Positions 1 to 12,485 of a stretch of 64,000 bases of DNA are shown here, in pieces. The stretch covers positions 11,966,001 to 12,030,000 of the forward strand of contig OZ024742.1 of the NCBI GenBank assembly GCA_964016885.1. The letters run 5' to 3'. The translations under genes and the position numbers were made by a program. Each line of letters starts with the position of its first letter. The stretch's first letter is position 1. The DNA comes from Eledone cirrhosa. Taxonomy: Eukaryota. Below the pieces are notes generated by a model that was not told the DNA's origin, searched no databases, and saw only the letters and a list, made by a program, of their open reading frames with translations.

Positions 1-3000
1 TGGTAATGGTGGTAGTGGTGATGGTGGTAGTGGTGTTGGTGGTAGTGGTGTTGGTGGATGTGGTATTGGTGGTAGTGGTGGTAGTGGTATTACTGATAGT
101 GGTGTTGGTGGTAGTGGTGTTGGTGGTAGTGGTGTTGGTGGTAGTGGTGGTAGTGGTAGTGGTGTTGGTGGTAGTGGTGTTGGTGGTAGTGGTAGTGGTG
201 GTAGTGGTGTTGGTGGTAGTGGTGATGGTGGTAGTGGTGTTGGTGGTAGTGGTGTTGGTGGTAGTGGTGTTGGTGGTAGTGGTGTTGGTGATAGTAGTGG
301 TGTTGGGGGAAGTGGTATTGGTGGTAGTGGTGATGGTGATAGTGGTGTTGGTGATAGTGGTGAAGGTGGTGGTGGTGTTGGTGATAGTGGTGTTGCGGGT
401 AGTGGTGTTGGTGGAAGTGGTATTGGTGGTAGTGGTGATGGTGGTAGTGGTGGTAGTGGTGTTGGTGGTAGTGGTGATGGTGGTAGTGGTGATGGTTGTA
501 GTGGTGTTGGTGGTAGTGGTGTTGGTGGTAGTGGTGTTAGTGGTAGTGGTGTTGATGGTAGTGGTGATGGTGGTAGTGGTGTTGGTGGTAGTGGTGTTGG
601 TGATAGTGGTGTTGGTGGTAGTGGTGTTGGTGGTAGTGGTGTTGGTGATAGTGGTGTTGGTGGTATTGGTGATAGTGGTAGTGGTAGTGGTGCTGGGGGT
701 AGTGGTGTTGGTGATAGTGGTGTTGGTGGTAGTGGTGATGGTGGTGGTGGTGTTGGTGATAGTAGTGTTGGAGGTAGTGGTGTTGGTGGAAGTGGTATTG
801 GTGGTAGTGGTGTTGGTGGTAGTGGTGGTAGTGGTAGTGGTGGTAGTGGTGATGGTGGTAGTGGTGATGGTGGTAGTGGTGTTGGTGGTAGTGGTGTTGG
901 TGGTAGTGGTGTTAGTGGTAGTGGTGGTGATGGTAGTGGTGATGGTGGTAGTGGTGTTGGTGGTAGTGGTGTTGGTGATAGTGGTGTTGGTGGTAGTGGT
1001 GTTGGTGGTAGTGGTGTTGGTGATAGTGGTGTTGGTGGTAGTGGTGTTGGTGATAGTGGTGTTGGTGGTAGTGGTGTTGGTGGTAGTGGTGTTAGTGGTT
1101 GTGGTGTTGATGGTAGTGGTGATGGAGGTAGTGGTGTTAGTGGTAGTGGTGTTGATGGTAGTGGTGATGGTGGTAGTGGTGTTGGTGGTAGTGGTGTTGG
1201 TGATAGTGGTGTTGGTGGTAGTGGTGTTGGTGGTAGTGGTGTTGGTGATAGTGGTGGTAGTGGTATTAGTGATAGGGATGTTAGTGGTAGTGGTGTTAGT
1301 GGCAGTGGTGTTGGTGGTAGTGGTGTTGGTGGTAGTGGTGTTGGTGGTAGTGGTGATGGTGGTAGTGGTGTTAGTGGTAGTGGTGTTGATGGTAGTGGTG
1401 TTGGTGGTAGTGGTGATGGTGGTAGTGGTGTTGGTGGTAGTGGTGATGGTGGTAGTGATGATGGTGGTAGTGGTAGTGGTGGTAGTGGTGTTGGTGGTAG
1501 TGGTAGTGCTGGTAGTGGTGTTGGTGGTAGTGGTGGTAGTGGTGTTGTGGTAGTGGTGTTCGTGGTAGTGGTGTAGGTGGTAGTGGTGATCGTGGTAGTG
1601 GTGTTGGTGATAGTGGTGATAGTGGTAGTGGTGTTGGAGGTAGTGGTGATGGTGGTAGTGGTGATGGTGGTAGTGGTATTGGTGGAAGTGGTAGTGGTGG
1701 TAGTGGTAGTGGTGTTGGTGGTAGTGGTGATGGTGGTAGTGGTGTTGGTGATAGTGGTGATGGTGGTAGTGGTGTTGGTGATAGTGATGATAGTGGTAGT
1801 GGTGTTGGAGGTAGTGGTGATGGTGGTAGTGGTGATGGTGGTAGTGGTGTTGGTGGTAGTGGTGGTGGTGGTAGTGGTATTGGTGGTAGTGGTAGTGGTG
1901 GTAGTGGTGTTGGTGATAGTGGTGATGGTGGTAGTGGTGTTGGTGGTAGTGGTGTTGGTGGTAGTGGTGGTAGTGGTATTAGTGATAGTGGTGTTGGTGG
2001 TAGTGGTGGTAGTGGTAGTGGTGGTAGTGGTGTTGGTGGTAGTGGTGTTGGTGGTAGTGGTGTTGGTGGTAGTGGTGTTGGTGGTAGTGGTGTTGGTGGT
2101 AGTGGTGGTAGTGGTATTAGTGATAGTGGTGTTGGTGGTAGTGGTGTTGGTGGTAGTGGTAGAGGTGGTAGTGGTGTTGGTGGTAGTGGTGTTGGTGATA
2201 GTGTTGTTAGTGGTAGTGGTGTTGATGGTAGTGGTGTTGGTGGTAATAGTGTTGGTGGTAGTGGTGTTGGTGGTAGTGGTGTTGGTGGTAGTGGTGGTAG
2301 TGGTATTAGTGGTAGTGGTGTTAGTGGTAGTGGTGTTGGTGGTAGTGGTATTGGTGGTAGTGGTGTTGGTGGTAGTGGTGATGGTTGTAGTGGTGATGGT
2401 GGTAGTGGTGATAGTGGTAATGGTGATGGTGTTAGTGGTGTTGGTGGTAGTGGTGTTAGTGGTAGTGGTGTTGGTGGTAGTGGTAGTGGTGGTAGTGGTG
2501 TTGTTGGTAGTGGTGATGGTGGTAGTGGTGATGGTGGTAGTGGTGATAGTGGTAATGGTGGTAGTGGTGATGGTGGTAGTGGTGTTGGTGGTAGTGGTGT
2601 TGGTGGATGTGGTATTGGTGGTAGTGGTGGTAGTGGTATTACTGATAGTGGTGTTGGTGGTAGTGGTGTTGGTGGTAGTGGTGTTGGTGGTAGTGGTGGT
2701 AGTGGTAGTGGTGTTGGTGGTAGTGGTGTTGGTGGTAGTGGTAGTGGTGGTAGTGGTGTTGGTGGTAGTGGTGATGGTGGTAGTGGTGTTGGTGGTAGTG
2801 GTGTTGGTGGTAGTGGTGTTGGTGGTAGTGGTGTTGGTGATAGTAGTGGTGTTGGGGGAAGTGGTATTGGTGGTAGTGGTGATGGTGATAGTGGTGTTGG
2901 TGATAGTGGTGAAGGTGGTGGTGGTGTTGGTGATAGTGGTGTTGGGGGTAGTGGTGTTGGTGGAAGTGGTATTGGTGGTAGTGGTGATGGTGGTAGTGGT

Positions 3001-6000
3001 GGTAGTGGTGTTGGTGGTAGTGGTGATGGTGGTAGTGGTGATGGTTGTAGTGGTGTTGGTGGTAGTGGTGTTGGTGGTAGTGGTGTTAGTGGTAGTGGTG
3101 TTGATGGTAGTGGTGATGGTGGTAGTGGTGTTGGTGGTAGTGGTGTTGGTGATAGTGGTGTTGGTGGTAGTGGTGTTGGTGGTAGTGGTGTTGGTGATAG
3201 TGGTGTTGGTGGTATTGGTGATAGTGGTAGTGGTAGTGGTGCTGGGGGTAGTGGTGTTGGTGATAGTGGTGTTGGTGGTAGTGGTGATGGTGGTGGTGGT
3301 GTTGGTGATAGTAGTGTTGGAGGTAGTGGTGTTGGTGGAAGTGGTATTGGTGGTAGTGGTGTTGGTGGTAGTGGTGGTAGTGGTAGTGGTGGTAGTGGTG
3401 ATGGTGGTAGTGGTGATGGTGGTAGTGGTGTTGGTGGTAGTGGTGTTGGTGGTAGTGGTGTTGGTGGTAGTGGTGTTAGTGGTAGTGGTGGTGATGGTAG
3501 TGGTGATGGTGGTAGTGGTGTTGGTGGTAGTGGTGTTGGTGATAGTGGTGTTGGTGGTAGTGGTGTTGGTGGTAGTGGTGTTGGTGATAGTGGTGTTGGT
3601 GGTAGTGGTGTTGGTGATAGTGGTGTTGGTGGTAGTGGTGTTGGTGGTAGTGGTGTTAGTGGTTGTGGTGTTGATGGTAGTGGTGATGGAGGTAGTGGTG
3701 TTAGTGGTAGTGGTGTTGATGGTAGTGGTGATGGTGGTAGAGGTGTTGGTGGTAGTGGTGTTGGTGATAGTGGTGTTGGTGGTAGTGGTGTTGGTGGTAG
3801 TGGTGTTGGTGATAGTGGTGTTGGTGGTAGTGGTGTTGTTGGTAGTGGTGTTGGTGATAGTGGTGATGGTGGTAGTGGTGATGGTGGTAGTGGTGTTGGT
3901 GGTAGTGGTGTTGGTGATAGTGGTGTTGGTGGTAGTGGTGTTGGTGGTAGTGGTGTTGGTGATAGTGGTGTTGGTGGTAGTGGTGTTGGTGGCAGTGGTG
4001 TTGGTGCTAGTGGTGGTAGTGGTATTAGTGGTAGTGGTGTTAGTGGTAGTGGTGTTGGTGGTAGTGGTGGTAGTGGTATTAGTGATAGGGATGTTAGTGG
4101 TAGTGGTGTTAGTGGCAGTGGTGTTGGTGGTAGTGGTGTTGGTGGTAGTGGTGTTGGTGGTAGTGGTGATGGTGGTAGTGGTGTTAGTGGTAGTGGTGTT
4201 GGTGGTAGTGGTGGTAGTGGTATTAGTGGTGTTGGTGGTATTGGTGTTAGTGGTAGTTGTGTTGGTGGTAGTGGTGATGGTGGTAGTGGTGTTGGTGGTA
4301 GTGGTGGTAGTGGTAGTGGTGAAAGTGGTGTTGGTGGTAGTGGTGATGGTGAAAGTGGTGTTGGTGGTAGTGGTGTTAGTGGTAGTGGTGTTGGTGGTAG
4401 TAGTGGTAGTGGTATTAGTGGTAGTGGTGTTGGTGGTAGTGGTGTTGGTAATAGTGGTATTGGTGGTAGTGGTGTGGGTGGTAGTGGTGTTGGTGAAAGT
4501 GGTTATGGTGGTAGTGGTAGTGGTGGTAGTGGTGTTGGTGGTTGTGGTGATGGTGGTAGTGATGAAGGCGGTAGTGGTAGTGGTGGTAGTGGTGTTGGTG
4601 GTAGTGGTGTTGGTGGTAGTGGTGTTGGTGGTAGTGGTGGTAGTGGTAGTGGTGTTGGTGGTAGTGGTGGTAGTGGTGTTGGTGGTAGTGGTAGTGGTGG
4701 TAGTGGTGTTGGTGGTAGTGGTGTTGGTGGTAGTGGTGTTGGTGGTAGTGGTGTTGGTGGTAGTTGTGATGGTGGTAGTGCTGGTAGTGGTGATGGTGGT
4801 AGTGGTGATGGTGGTAGTGGTGGTAGTGGTGGTAGTGGTGATGGTGGTAGTGGTGTTGGTGGTAGTGGTGATGGTGGTCGTGCTGGTAGTGGTGTTGGTG
4901 GTAGTGGTGATGGTGGTAGTGGTGTTGGTGGTAGTGGTGTTGGTGGTAGTGGTGATGGTGGTAGTGGTGGTAGTGGTGTTGCTGGTAGTGGTGTTGGTGG
5001 TAGTGGTGATGGTGGTAGTGGTGATGGTGGTAGTGGTACTGGTGGTAGTGGTGTTGGTGGTAGTGGTGTTGGTGGTAGTGGTGTTGGTGGTAGTTGTGGT
5101 GGTGGTAGTGGTCGTGGTGGTAGTGGTGTTACTGTTAGTGGTATTAGTGGTAGTGGTGTTGGTGGTAGTGGTATTAGTGGTAGTGGTGTTGGTGGTAGTG
5201 GTGTTGGTGGTAGTGATATTAGTGGTAGTGGTATTAGTGGTAGTGGTGTTGGTGGTAGTGGTGTTGGTGGTAGTGATATTAGTGGTAGTGGTATTAGTGG
5301 TAGTGGTGTTGGTGGTAGTAGTGTTGGTGGTAGTGATATTAGTGGTAGTGGTATTAGTGGTAGTGGTGTTGGTGGTAGTGGTGTTGGTGGTAGTGATATT
5401 AGTGGTAGTGGTATTAGTGGTAGTGGTGTTGGTGATAGTGGTGTTGGTGGTAGTGATATTAGTGGTAGTGGTATTAGTGGTAGTGGTGTTGGTGGTAGTG
5501 ATATTAGTGGTAGTGGTATTAGTGGTAGTGGTGTTGGTGGTAGTGGTGTTGGTGGTAGTGGTATTAGTGGTAGTGGTGTTGGTGGTAGTGGTATTAGTGG
5601 TAGTGGTGTTGGTGGTAGTGATATTAGTGGTAGTGGTATTAGTGGTAGTGGTGTTGGTGGTAGTGGTGTTGGTGGTAGTGATATTAGTGGTAGTGGTATT
5701 AGTGGTAGTGGTGTTGGTGGTAGTGATATTAGTGGTAGTGGTATTAGTGGTAGTGGTGTTGGTGGTAGTGGTGTTGGTGGTAGTGGTATTAGTGGTAGTG
5801 GTGTTGGTGGTAGTGGTATTAGTGGTAGTGGTGTTGGTGGTAGTGATATTAGTGGTAGTGGTATTAGTGGTAGTGGTGTTGGTGGTAGTGGTGTTGGTGG
5901 TAGTGATATTAGTGGTAGTGGTATTAGTGGTAGTGGTGTTGGTGGTAGTGGTGTTGGTGGTAGTGGTATTAGTGGTAGTGGTATTAGTGGTAGTGGTGTT

Positions 6001-9000
6001 GGTGGTAGTGGTGTTGGTGGTAGTGATATTAGTGGTAGTGGTATTAGTGGTAGTGGTGTTGGTGGTAGTGGTGTTGGTGGTAGTGATATTAGTGGTAGTG
6101 GTATTAGTGGTAGTGGTGTTGGTGGTAGTGGTGTTGGTGGTAGTGGTGTTGGTGGTAGTGATATTAGTGGTAGTGGTATTAGTGGTAGTGGTGTTGGTGG
6201 TAGTGGTGTTGGTGGTAGTGATATTAGTGGTAGTGGTATTAGTGGTAGTGGTGTTGGTGGTAGTGGTGTTGGTGGTAGTGATATTAGTGGTAGTGGTATT
6301 AGTGGTAGTGGTGTTGGTGGTAGTGATATTAGTGGTAGTGGTATTAGTGGTAGTGGTGTTGGTGGTAGTGGTGTTGGTGGCAGTGGTGTTGGTGCTAGTG
6401 GTGGTAGTGGTATTAGTGGTAGTGGTGTTAGTGGTAGTGGTGTTGGTGGTAGTGGTGGTAGTGGTATTAGTGATAGGGATGTTAGTGGTAGTGGTGTTAG
6501 TGGCAGTGGTGTTGGTGGTAGTGGTGTTGGTGGTAGTGGTGTTGGTGGTAGTGGTGATGGTGGTAGTGGTGTTAGTGGTAGTGGTGTTGGTGGTAGTGGT
6601 GGTAGTGGTATTAGTGGTGTTGGTGGTATTGGTGTTAGTGGTAGTTGTGTTGGTGGTAGTGGTGATGGTGGTAGTGGTGTTGGTGGTAGTGGTGGTAGTG
6701 GTAGTGGTGAAAGTGGTGTTGGTGGTAGTGGTGATGGTGAAAGTGGTGTTGGTGGTAGTGGTGTTAGTGGTAGTGGTGTTGGTGGTAGTAGTGGTAGTGG
6801 TATTAGTGGTAGTGGTGTTGGTGGTAGTGGTGTTGGTAATAGTGGTATTGGTGGTAGTGGTGTGGGTGGTAGTGGTGTTGGTGAAAGTGGTTATGGTGGT
6901 AGTGGTAGTGGTGGTAGTGGTGTTGGTGGTTGTGGTGATGGTGGTAGTGATGAAGGCGGTAGTGGTAGTGGTGGTAGTGGTGTTGGTGGTAGTGGTGTTG
7001 GTGGTAGTGGTGTTGGTGGTAGTGGTGGTAGTGGTAGTGGTGTTGGTGGTAGTGGTGGTAGTGGTGTTGGTGGTAGTGGTAGTGGTGGTAGTGGTGTTGG
7101 TGGTAGTGGTGTTGGTGGTAGTGGTGTTGGTGGTAGTGGTGTTGGTGGTAGTTGTGATGGTGGTAGTGCTGGTAGTGGTGATGGTGGTAGTGGTGATGGT
7201 GGTAGTGGTGGTAGTGGTGGTAGTGGTGATGGTGGTAGTGGTGTTGGTGGTAGTGGTGATGGTGGTCGTGCTGGTAGTGGTGTTGGTGGTAGTGGTGATG
7301 GTGGTAGTGGTGTTGGTGGTAGTGGTGTTGGTGGTAGTGGTGATGGTGGTAGTGGTGGTAGTGGTGTTGCTGGTAGTGGTGTTGGTGGTAGTGGTGATGG
7401 TGGTAGTGGTGATGGTGGTAGTGGTACTGGTGGTAGTGGTGTTGGTGGTAGTGGTGTTGGTGGTAGTGGTGTTGGTGGTAGTTGTGGTGGTGGTAGTGGT
7501 CGTGGTGGTAGTGGTGTTACTGTTAGTGGTATTAGTGGTAGTGGTGTTGGTGGTAGTGGTATTAGTGGTAGTGGTGTTGGTGGTAGTGGTGTTGGTGGTA
7601 GTGATATTAGTGGTAGTGGTATTAGTGGTAGTGGTGTTGGTGGTAGTGGTGTTGGTGGTAGTGATATTAGTGGTAGTGGTATTAGTGGTAGTGGTGTTGG
7701 TGGTAGTAGTGTTGGTGGTAGTGATATTAGTGGTAGTGGTATTAGTGGTAGTGGTGTTGGTGGTAGTGGTGTTGGTGGTAGTGATATTAGTGGTAGTGGT
7801 ATTAGTGGTAGTGGTGTTGGTGATAGTGGTGTTGGTGGTAGTGATATTAGTGGTAGTGGTATTAGTGGTAGTGGTGTTGGTGGTAGTGATATTAGTGGTA
7901 GTGGTATTAGTGGTAGTGGTGTTGGTGGTAGTGGTGTTGGTGGTAGTGATATTAGTGGTAGTGGTATTAGTGGTAGTGGTGTTGGTGGTAGTGGTGTTGG
8001 TGGTAGTGATATTAGTGGTAGTGGTATTAGTGGTAGTGGTGTTGGTGGTAGTGGTGTTGGTGGTAGTGATATTAGTGGTAGTGGTATTAGTGGTAGTGGT
8101 GTTGGTGGTAGTGGTGTTGGTGGTAGTGATATTAGTGGTAGTGGTATTAGTGGTAGTGGTGTTGGTGATAGTGGTGTTGGTGGTAGTGATATTAGTGGTA
8201 GTGGTATTAGTGGTAGTGGTGTTGGTGGTAGTGATATTAGTGGTAGTGGTATTAGTGGTAGTGGTGTTGGTGGTAGTGGTGTTGGTGGTAGTGGTATTAG
8301 TGGTAGTGGTGTTGGTGGTAGTGGTATTAGTGGTAGTGGTGTTGGTGGTAGTGATATTAGTGGTAGTGGTATTAGTGGTAGTGGTGTTGGTGGTAGTGGT
8401 GTTGGTGGTAGTGATATTAGTGGTAGTGGTATTAGTGGTAGTGGTGTTGGTGGTAGTGATATTAGTGGTAGTGGTATTAGTGGTAGTGGTGTTGGTGGTA
8501 GTGGTGTTGGTGGTAGTGGTATTAGTGGTAGTGGTGTTGGTGGTAGTGGTATTAGTGGTAGTGGTGTTGGTGGTAGTGATATTAGTGGTAGTGGTATTAG
8601 TGGTAGTGGTGTTGGTGGTAGTGGTGTTGGTGGTAGTGATATTAGTGGTAGTGGTATTAGTGGTAGTGGTGTTGGTGGTAGTGGTGTTGGTGGTAGTGGT
8701 ATTAGTGGTAGTGGTATTAGTGGTAGTGGTGTTGGTGGTAGTGGTGTTGGTGGTAGTGATATTAGTGGTAGTGGTATTAGTGGTAGTGGTGTTGGTGGTA
8801 GTGGTGTTGGTGGTAGTGATATTAGTGGTAGTGGTATTAGTGGTAGTGGTGTTGGTGGTAGTGGTGTTGGTGGTAGTGGTGTTGGTGGTAGTGATATTAG
8901 TGGTAGTGGTATTAGTGGTAGTGGTGTTGGTGGTAGTGGTGTTGGTGGTAGTGATATTAGTGGTAGTGGTATTAGTGGTAGTGGTGTTGGTGGTAGTGGT

Positions 9001-11067
9001 GTTGGTGGTAGTGATATTAGTGGTAGTGGTATTAGTGGTAGTGGTGTTGGTGGTAGTGATATTAGTGGTAGTGGTATTAGTGGTAGTGGTGTTGGTGGTA
9101 GTGGTGTTGGTGGTAGTGGTGTTGGTGGTAGTGATATTAGTGGTAGTGGTATTAGTGGTAGTGGTGTTGGTGGTAGTGATATTAGTGGTAGTGGTATTAG
9201 TGGTAGTGGTGTTGGTGGTAGTGGTGTTGGTGGTAGTGGTGTTGGTGGTAGTGATATTAGTGGTAGTGGTATTAGTGGTAGTGGTGTTGGTGGTAGTGGT
9301 GTTAGTGGTAGTGATATTAGTGGTAGTGGTATTAGTGGTAGTGGTGTTGGTGGTAGTGATATTAGTGGTAGTGGTATTAGTGGTAGTGGTGTTGGTGGTA
9401 GTGGTGTTGGTGGTAGTGATATTAGTGGTAGTGGTATTAGTGGTAGTGGTGTTGGTGATAGTGGTGTTGGTGGTAGTGATATTAGTGGTAGTGGTATTAG
9501 TGGTAGTGGTGTTGGTGGTAGTGATATTAGTGGTAGTGGTATTAGTGGTAGTGGTGTTGGTGGTAGTGGTGTTGGTGGTAGTGATATTAGTGGTAGTGGT
9601 ATTAGTGGTAGTGGTGTTGGTGGTAGTGGTGTTGGTGGTAGTGGTGTTGGTGGTAGTGATATTAGTGGTAGTGGTATTAGTGGTAGTGGTGTTGGTGGTA
9701 GTGGTGTTGGTGGTAGTGATATTAGTGGTAGTGGTATTAGTGGTAGTGGTGTTGGTGGTAGTGGTGTTGGTGGTAGTGATATTAGTGGTAGTGGTATTAG
9801 TGGTAGTGGTGTTGGTGGTAGTGATATTAGTGGTAGTGGTATTAGTGGTAGTGGTGTTGGTGGTAGTGGTGTTGGTGGTAGTGGTGTTGGTGGTAGTGAT
9901 ATTAGTGGTAGTGGTATTAGTGGTAGTGGTGTTGGTGGTAGTGATATTAGTGGTAGTGGTATTAGTGGTAGTGGTGTTGGTGGTAGTGGTGTTGGTGGTA
10001 GTGGTGTTGGTGGTAGTGATATTAGTGGTAGTGGTGTTGGTGGTAGTGGTGTTGGTGGTAGTGATATTAGTGGTAGTGGTATTAGTGGTAGTGGTGTTGG
10101 TGGTAGTGGTGTTGGTGGTAGTGATATTAGTGGTAGTGGTATTAGTGGTAGTGGTGTTGGTGGTAGTGGTGTTGGTGGTAGTGGTGTTGGTGGTAGTGGT
10201 GTTGGTGGTAGTGATATTAGTGGTAGTGGTGTTGGTGGTAGTGGTGTTGGTGGTAGTGGTGTTGGTGGTAGTGATATTAGTGGTAGTGGTATTAGTGGTA
10301 GTGGTGTTGGTGGTAGTGGTGTTGGTGGTAGTGATATTAGTGGTAGTGGTATTAGTGGTAGTGGTGTTGGTGGTAGTGGTGTTGGTGGTAGTGATATTAG
10401 TGGTAGTGGTATTAGTGGTAGTGGTGTTGGTGGTAGTGATATTAGTGGTAGTGGTATTAGTGGTAGTGGTGTTGGTGGTAGTGGTGTTGGTGGTAGTGAT
10501 ATTAGTGGTAGTGGTATTAGTGGTAGTGGTGTTGGTGATAGTGGTGTTGGTGGTAGTGATATTAGTGGTAGTGGTATTAGTGGTAGTGGTGTTGGTGATA
10601 GTGGTGATAGTGGTAGTGGTGTTAGTGGTGCTGGGGTTAGTGGTGTTGGTGGTAGTGGTGATGGTGGTAGTGGTAGTGGTGGTAGTGGTGATGTTGGTAG
10701 TGGTGGTAGTGGTGTTGGAGGTAGTGGTGATGGTGATAGTGGTGTTGGTGATAGTGGTACTGGTGGTATTTGTGTTATTGGTAGTGGTATTAGTGGTAGT
10801 GGTGTTGGTGGTAGTGGTTTTAGTGGTAGAGGTGTTGGTGGTAGTGGTGTTGGTGGTAGTGATATTAGTGGTAGTGGTATTAGTGGTAGTGTTGTTGGTG
10901 GTAGTAGTGTTGGTGGTAGTGGTGTTGGTTGTAGTGTTGTTGGTGGTAGTAGTGTTGGTGGTAGTGGTGTTGGTGGTAGTGATATTAGTGGTAGTGGTAT
11001 TAGTGGTAGTGTTGTTGGTGGTAGTAGTGTTGGTGGTAGTGGTGTTGGTTGTAGTAACGTTGGTTTG
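1..11067. repeat. Degenerate GGT-triplet array, main 15-bp unit GGTGGTAGTGGTGTT, 60-bp super-units and kb-scale higher-order duplications
   Basis: Built from triplets GGT/AGT/GTT/GAT/ATT. Bases 1-~1200 recur at 2550 (offset 2549). Marker GATAGGGAT lies at 1271, 4084 and 6472 (last offset 2388). Runs off the left edge of the window. Confidence 0.97.
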
Positions 11068-11070
11068 TAA
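1549..11070 (+). CDS. Candidate (unproven) terminal exon of a giant Gly/Ser-rich repetitive protein, (GGSGV/ISGSG/GGSD)n
   Basis: The GGT frame has no stop until TAA 11068-11070, with AATAAA at 11092-11097. The only phase break seen is a 1-nt gap at ~1547. No start or non-repetitive domain in the window, so it may be non-coding satellite. Confidence 0.2.
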   Translation, partial: GSGVRGSGVGGSGDRGSGVGDSGDSGSGVGGSGDGGSGDGGSGIGGSGSGGSGSGVGGSGDGGSGVGDSGDGGSGVGDSDDSGSGVGGSGDGGSGDGGSGVGGSGGGGSGIGGSGSGGSGVGDSGDGGSGVGGSGVGGSGGSGISDSGVGGSGGSGSGGSGVGGSGVGGSGVGGSGVGGSGVGGSGGSGISDSGVGGSGVGGSGRGGSGVGGSGVGDSVVSGSGVDGSGVGGNSVGGSGVGGSGVGGSGGSGISGSGVSGSGVGGSGIGGSGVGGSGDGCSGDGGSGDSGNGDGVSGVGGSGVSGSGVGGSGSGGSGVVGSGDGGSGDGGSGDSGNGGSGDGGSGVGGSGVGGCGIGGSGGSGITDSGVGGSGVGGSGVGGSGGSGSGVGGSGVGGSGSGGSGVGGSGDGGSGVGGSGVGGSGVGGSGVGDSSGVGGSGIGGSGDGDSGVGDSGEGGGGVGDSGVGGSGVGGSGIGGSGDGGSGGSGVGGSGDGGSGDGCSGVGGSGVGGSGVSGSGVDGSGDGGSGVGGSGVGDSGVGGSGVGGSGVGDSGVGGIGDSGSGSGAGGSGVGDSGVGGSGDGGGGVGDSSVGGSGVGGSGIGGSGVGGSGGSGSGGSGDGGSGDGGSGVGGSGVGGSGVGGSGVSGSGGDGSGDGGSGVGGSGVGDSGVGGSGVGGSGVGDSGVGGSGVGDSGVGGSGVGGSGVSGCGVDGSGDGGSGVSGSGVDGSGDGGRGVGGSGVGDSGVGGSGVGGSGVGDSGVGGSGVVGSGVGDSGDGGSGDGGSGVGGSGVGDSGVGGSGVGGSGVGDSGVGGSGVGGSGVGASGGSGISGSGVSGSGVGGSGGSGISDRDVSGSGVSGSGVGGSGVGGSGVGGSGDGGSGVSGSGVGGSGGSGISGVGGIGVSGSCVGGSGDGGSGVGGSGGSGSGESGVGGSGDGESGVGGSGVSGSGVGGSSGSGISGSGVGGSGVGNSGIGGSGVGGSGVGESGYGGSGSGGSGVGGCGDGGSDEGGSGSGGSGVGGSGVGGSGVGGSGGSGSGVGGSGGSGVGGSGSGGSGVGGSGVGGSGVGGSGVGGSCDGGSAGSGDGGSGDGGSGGSGGSGDGGSGVGGSGDGGRAGSGVGGSGDGGSGVGGSGVGGSGDGGSGGSGVAGSGVGGSGDGGSGDGGSGTGGSGVGGSGVGGSGVGGSCGGGSGRGGSGVTVSGISGSGVGGSGISGSGVGGSGVGGSDISGSGISGSGVGGSGVGGSDISGSGISGSGVGGSSVGGSDISGSGISGSGVGGSGVGGSDISGSGISGSGVGDSGVGGSDISGSGISGSGVGGSDISGSGISGSGVGGSGVGGSGISGSGVGGSGISGSGVGGSDISGSGISGSGVGGSGVGGSDISGSGISGSGVGGSDISGSGISGSGVGGSGVGGSGISGSGVGGSGISGSGVGGSDISGSGISGSGVGGSGVGGSDISGSGISGSGVGGSGVGGSGISGSGISGSGVGGSGVGGSDISGSGISGSGVGGSGVGGSDISGSGISGSGVGGSGVGGSGVGGSDISGSGISGSGVGGSGVGGSDISGSGISGSGVGGSGVGGSDISGSGISGSGVGGSDISGSGISGSGVGGSGVGGSGVGASGGSGISGSGVSGSGVGGSGGSGISDRDVSGSGVSGSGVGGSGVGGSGVGGSGDGGSGVSGSGVGGSGGSGISGVGGIGVSGSCVGGSGDGGSGVGGSGGSGSGESGVGGSGDGESGVGGSGVSGSGVGGSSGSGISGSGVGGSGVGNSGIGGSGVGGSGVGESGYGGSGSGGSGVGGCGDGGSDEGGSGSGGSGVGGSGVGGSGVGGSGGSGSGVGGSGGSGVGGSGSGGSGVGGSGVGGSGVGGSGVGGSCDGGSAGSGDGGSGDGGSGGSGGSGDGGSGVGGSGDGGRAGSGVGGSGDGGSGVGGSGVGGSGDGGSGGSGVAGSGVGGSGDGGSGDGGSGTGGSGVGGSGVGGSGVGGSCGGGSGRGGSGVTVSGISGSGVGGSGISGSGVGGSGVGGSDISGSGISGSGVGGSGVGGSDISGSGISGSGVGGSSVGGSDISGSGISGSGVGGSGVGGSDISGSGISGSGVGDSGVGGSDISGSGISGSGVGGSDISGSGISGSGVGGSGVGGSDISGSGISGSGVGGSGVGGSDISGSGISGSGVGGSGVGGSDISGSGISGSGVGGSGVGGSDISGSGISGSGVGDSGVGGSDISGSGISGSGVGGSDISGSGISGSGVGGSGVGGSGISGSGVGGSGISGSGVGGSDISGSGISGSGVGGSGVGGSDISGSGISGSGVGGSDISGSGISGSGVGGSGVGGSGISGSGVGGSGISGSGVGGSDISGSGISGSGVGGSGVGGSDISGSGISGSGVGGSGVGGSGISGSGISGSGVGGSGVGGSDISGSGISGSGVGGSGVGGSDISGSGISGSGVGGSGVGGSGVGGSDISGSGISGSGVGGSGVGGSDISGSGISGSGVGGSGVGGSDISGSGISGSGVGGSDISGSGISGSGVGGSGVGGSGVGGSDISGSGISGSGVGGSDISGSGISGSGVGGSGVGGSGVGGSDISGSGISGSGVGGSGVSGSDISGSGISGSGVGGSDISGSGISGSGVGGSGVGGSDISGSGISGSGVGDSGVGGSDISGSGISGSGVGGSDISGSGISGSGVGGSGVGGSDISGSGISGSGVGGSGVGGSGVGGSDISGSGISGSGVGGSGVGGSDISGSGISGSGVGGSGVGGSDISGSGISGSGVGGSDISGSGISGSGVGGSGVGGSGVGGSDISGSGISGSGVGGSDISGSGISGSGVGGSGVGGSGVGGSDISGSGVGGSGVGGSDISGSGISGSGVGGSGVGGSDISGSGISGSGVGGSGVGGSGVGGSGVGGSDISGSGVGGSGVGGSGVGGSDISGSGISGSGVGGSGVGGSDISGSGISGSGVGGSGVGGSDISGSGISGSGVGGSDISGSGISGSGVGGSGVGGSDISGSGISGSGVGDSGVGGSDISGSGISGSGVGDSGDSGSGVSGAGVSGVGGSGDGGSGSGGSGDVGSGGSGVGGSGDGDSGVGDSGTGGICVIGSGISGSGVGGSGFSGRGVGGSGVGGSDISGSGISGSVVGGSSVGGSGVGCSVVGGSSVGGSGVGGSDISGSGISGSVVGGSSVGGSGVGCSNVGL

Positions 11071-11864
11071 AATACAACATTATAAAAGAAAAATAAAAGC
11101 TTTTACAGTTGTAAATGGATGTTTGATGTAATATAGTGGCGTTGTTTAATTAGCGTGACTAAAGTGAGATACAAGAGAGCTGTGTTAATAGCTTGTGTGT
11201 TAGTTTTCAGTAAGAGGAGGGCTATACGTGGTAAAAAGAATGAGAGAAAATGAGCGTCCTGTGTATTGGAGTGGTCAGCCAAGGTGTGTCTTTACACATC
11301 TTTAATTAGCAAACAATACACACATGTTCGACCATCGACTGACCTCTTGTGTTAAAATCTGTAAAAAAAATATAGCTCGGTCGACAACGAAGTAATATAT
11401 ATCTGTATTTGATTAAAATAAAAATAAAATAACAAACAAAATAACAAACAGTAATAATATTAACATAAATCGATATCGATTCACAGCCAGTATAGATTTC
11501 ATATAAAGCTGTAAAGATTGAAAGTAAGGCAGGAAAGAGAATTATGGTATAAAACAAACAAGGAAAAGTGAAGAAAAGGCGACAATGGATGAAAGATGTA
11601 AATAGAAAACGTAAGTTTGTTAAGGCTGACGTCTGGAATATAGATTTGTTGGGACGTTGTGGATTAAATCAATATATATTTCCCTGCAGCGACCATCATA
11701 AATAGATCATTTATTACTGAGATTTTTAGTACGTACAAGTTTGGTCACGACATGTTGAGAAGCATATATGGTGTTCTATGTCAACTTATAATATAGATAA
11801 AGTTCCAGAGAAATTTATGATGGGGATATTTACAACTTTCACTTCATAAATGATAGGCATACTA

Positions 11865-11913
11865 GAAGAAGAAGAAGAAGAAGAAGAAGAAGAAGAAGAA
11901 GAAGAAGAAGAAG

Positions 11914-11943
<30 letters not shown>
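11865..11943. repeat. (GAA)n microsatellite
   Basis: Perfect GAA run of about 26 units. Confidence 0.98.
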
Positions 11944-11944
<1 letters not shown>

Positions 11945-12446
11945 TTACATATTGAGACCCCAATCCATGCAATGGGATTCCTACTAATGTTTATTGTTGC
12001 CATGTATAATCTAAACTATAATAAATTAAGGAGTGCGGGACTGTGTCCAGAATATATTTTGTTATCCCATTTGTAAAATAAGTTGGATTACTTTGAATAA
12101 ATAATGAATGAATATTACATAATTTATCTACTACATTTCGTTATTCTTGATTAAATATAAATCACTTTCTGCCTTATTTTAAGATTCACTTCTTTAAAAT
12201 TTTCAAATTTCAACACTTCCGGTTAGCGAACATTCATATAATTCCGTCACTAATTTTCTCCTAATGCAGTTTATATGTAATATCGTCTTTTTTAATGTAT
12301 CATGGATTACGTTACTGATTACATAAGACAGTGTAACTCAGTCTTCATTCAATTGATGTGTATATTGTCAATTACGATTTTATTTGATGTATCATATCTA
12401 CATGTATATATACTTGCGTATAATATCAATATACACACTACATATG

Positions 12447-12485
12447 CTAGCAGAAAAACCACCCGAAGGGTGGTTTTTCTGCTAG
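12447..12485. other. Perfect 18-bp-arm hairpin bounded by CTAG at both ends
   Basis: CTAGCAGAAAAACCACCC-GAA-GGGTGGTTTTTCTGCTAG. Confidence 0.9.

Noticed and set aside
6-11131. Poly-valine ORFs of 515 and 3184 aa
   Set aside because: An implausible all-hydrophobic product; a by-product of the GGT triplet array.
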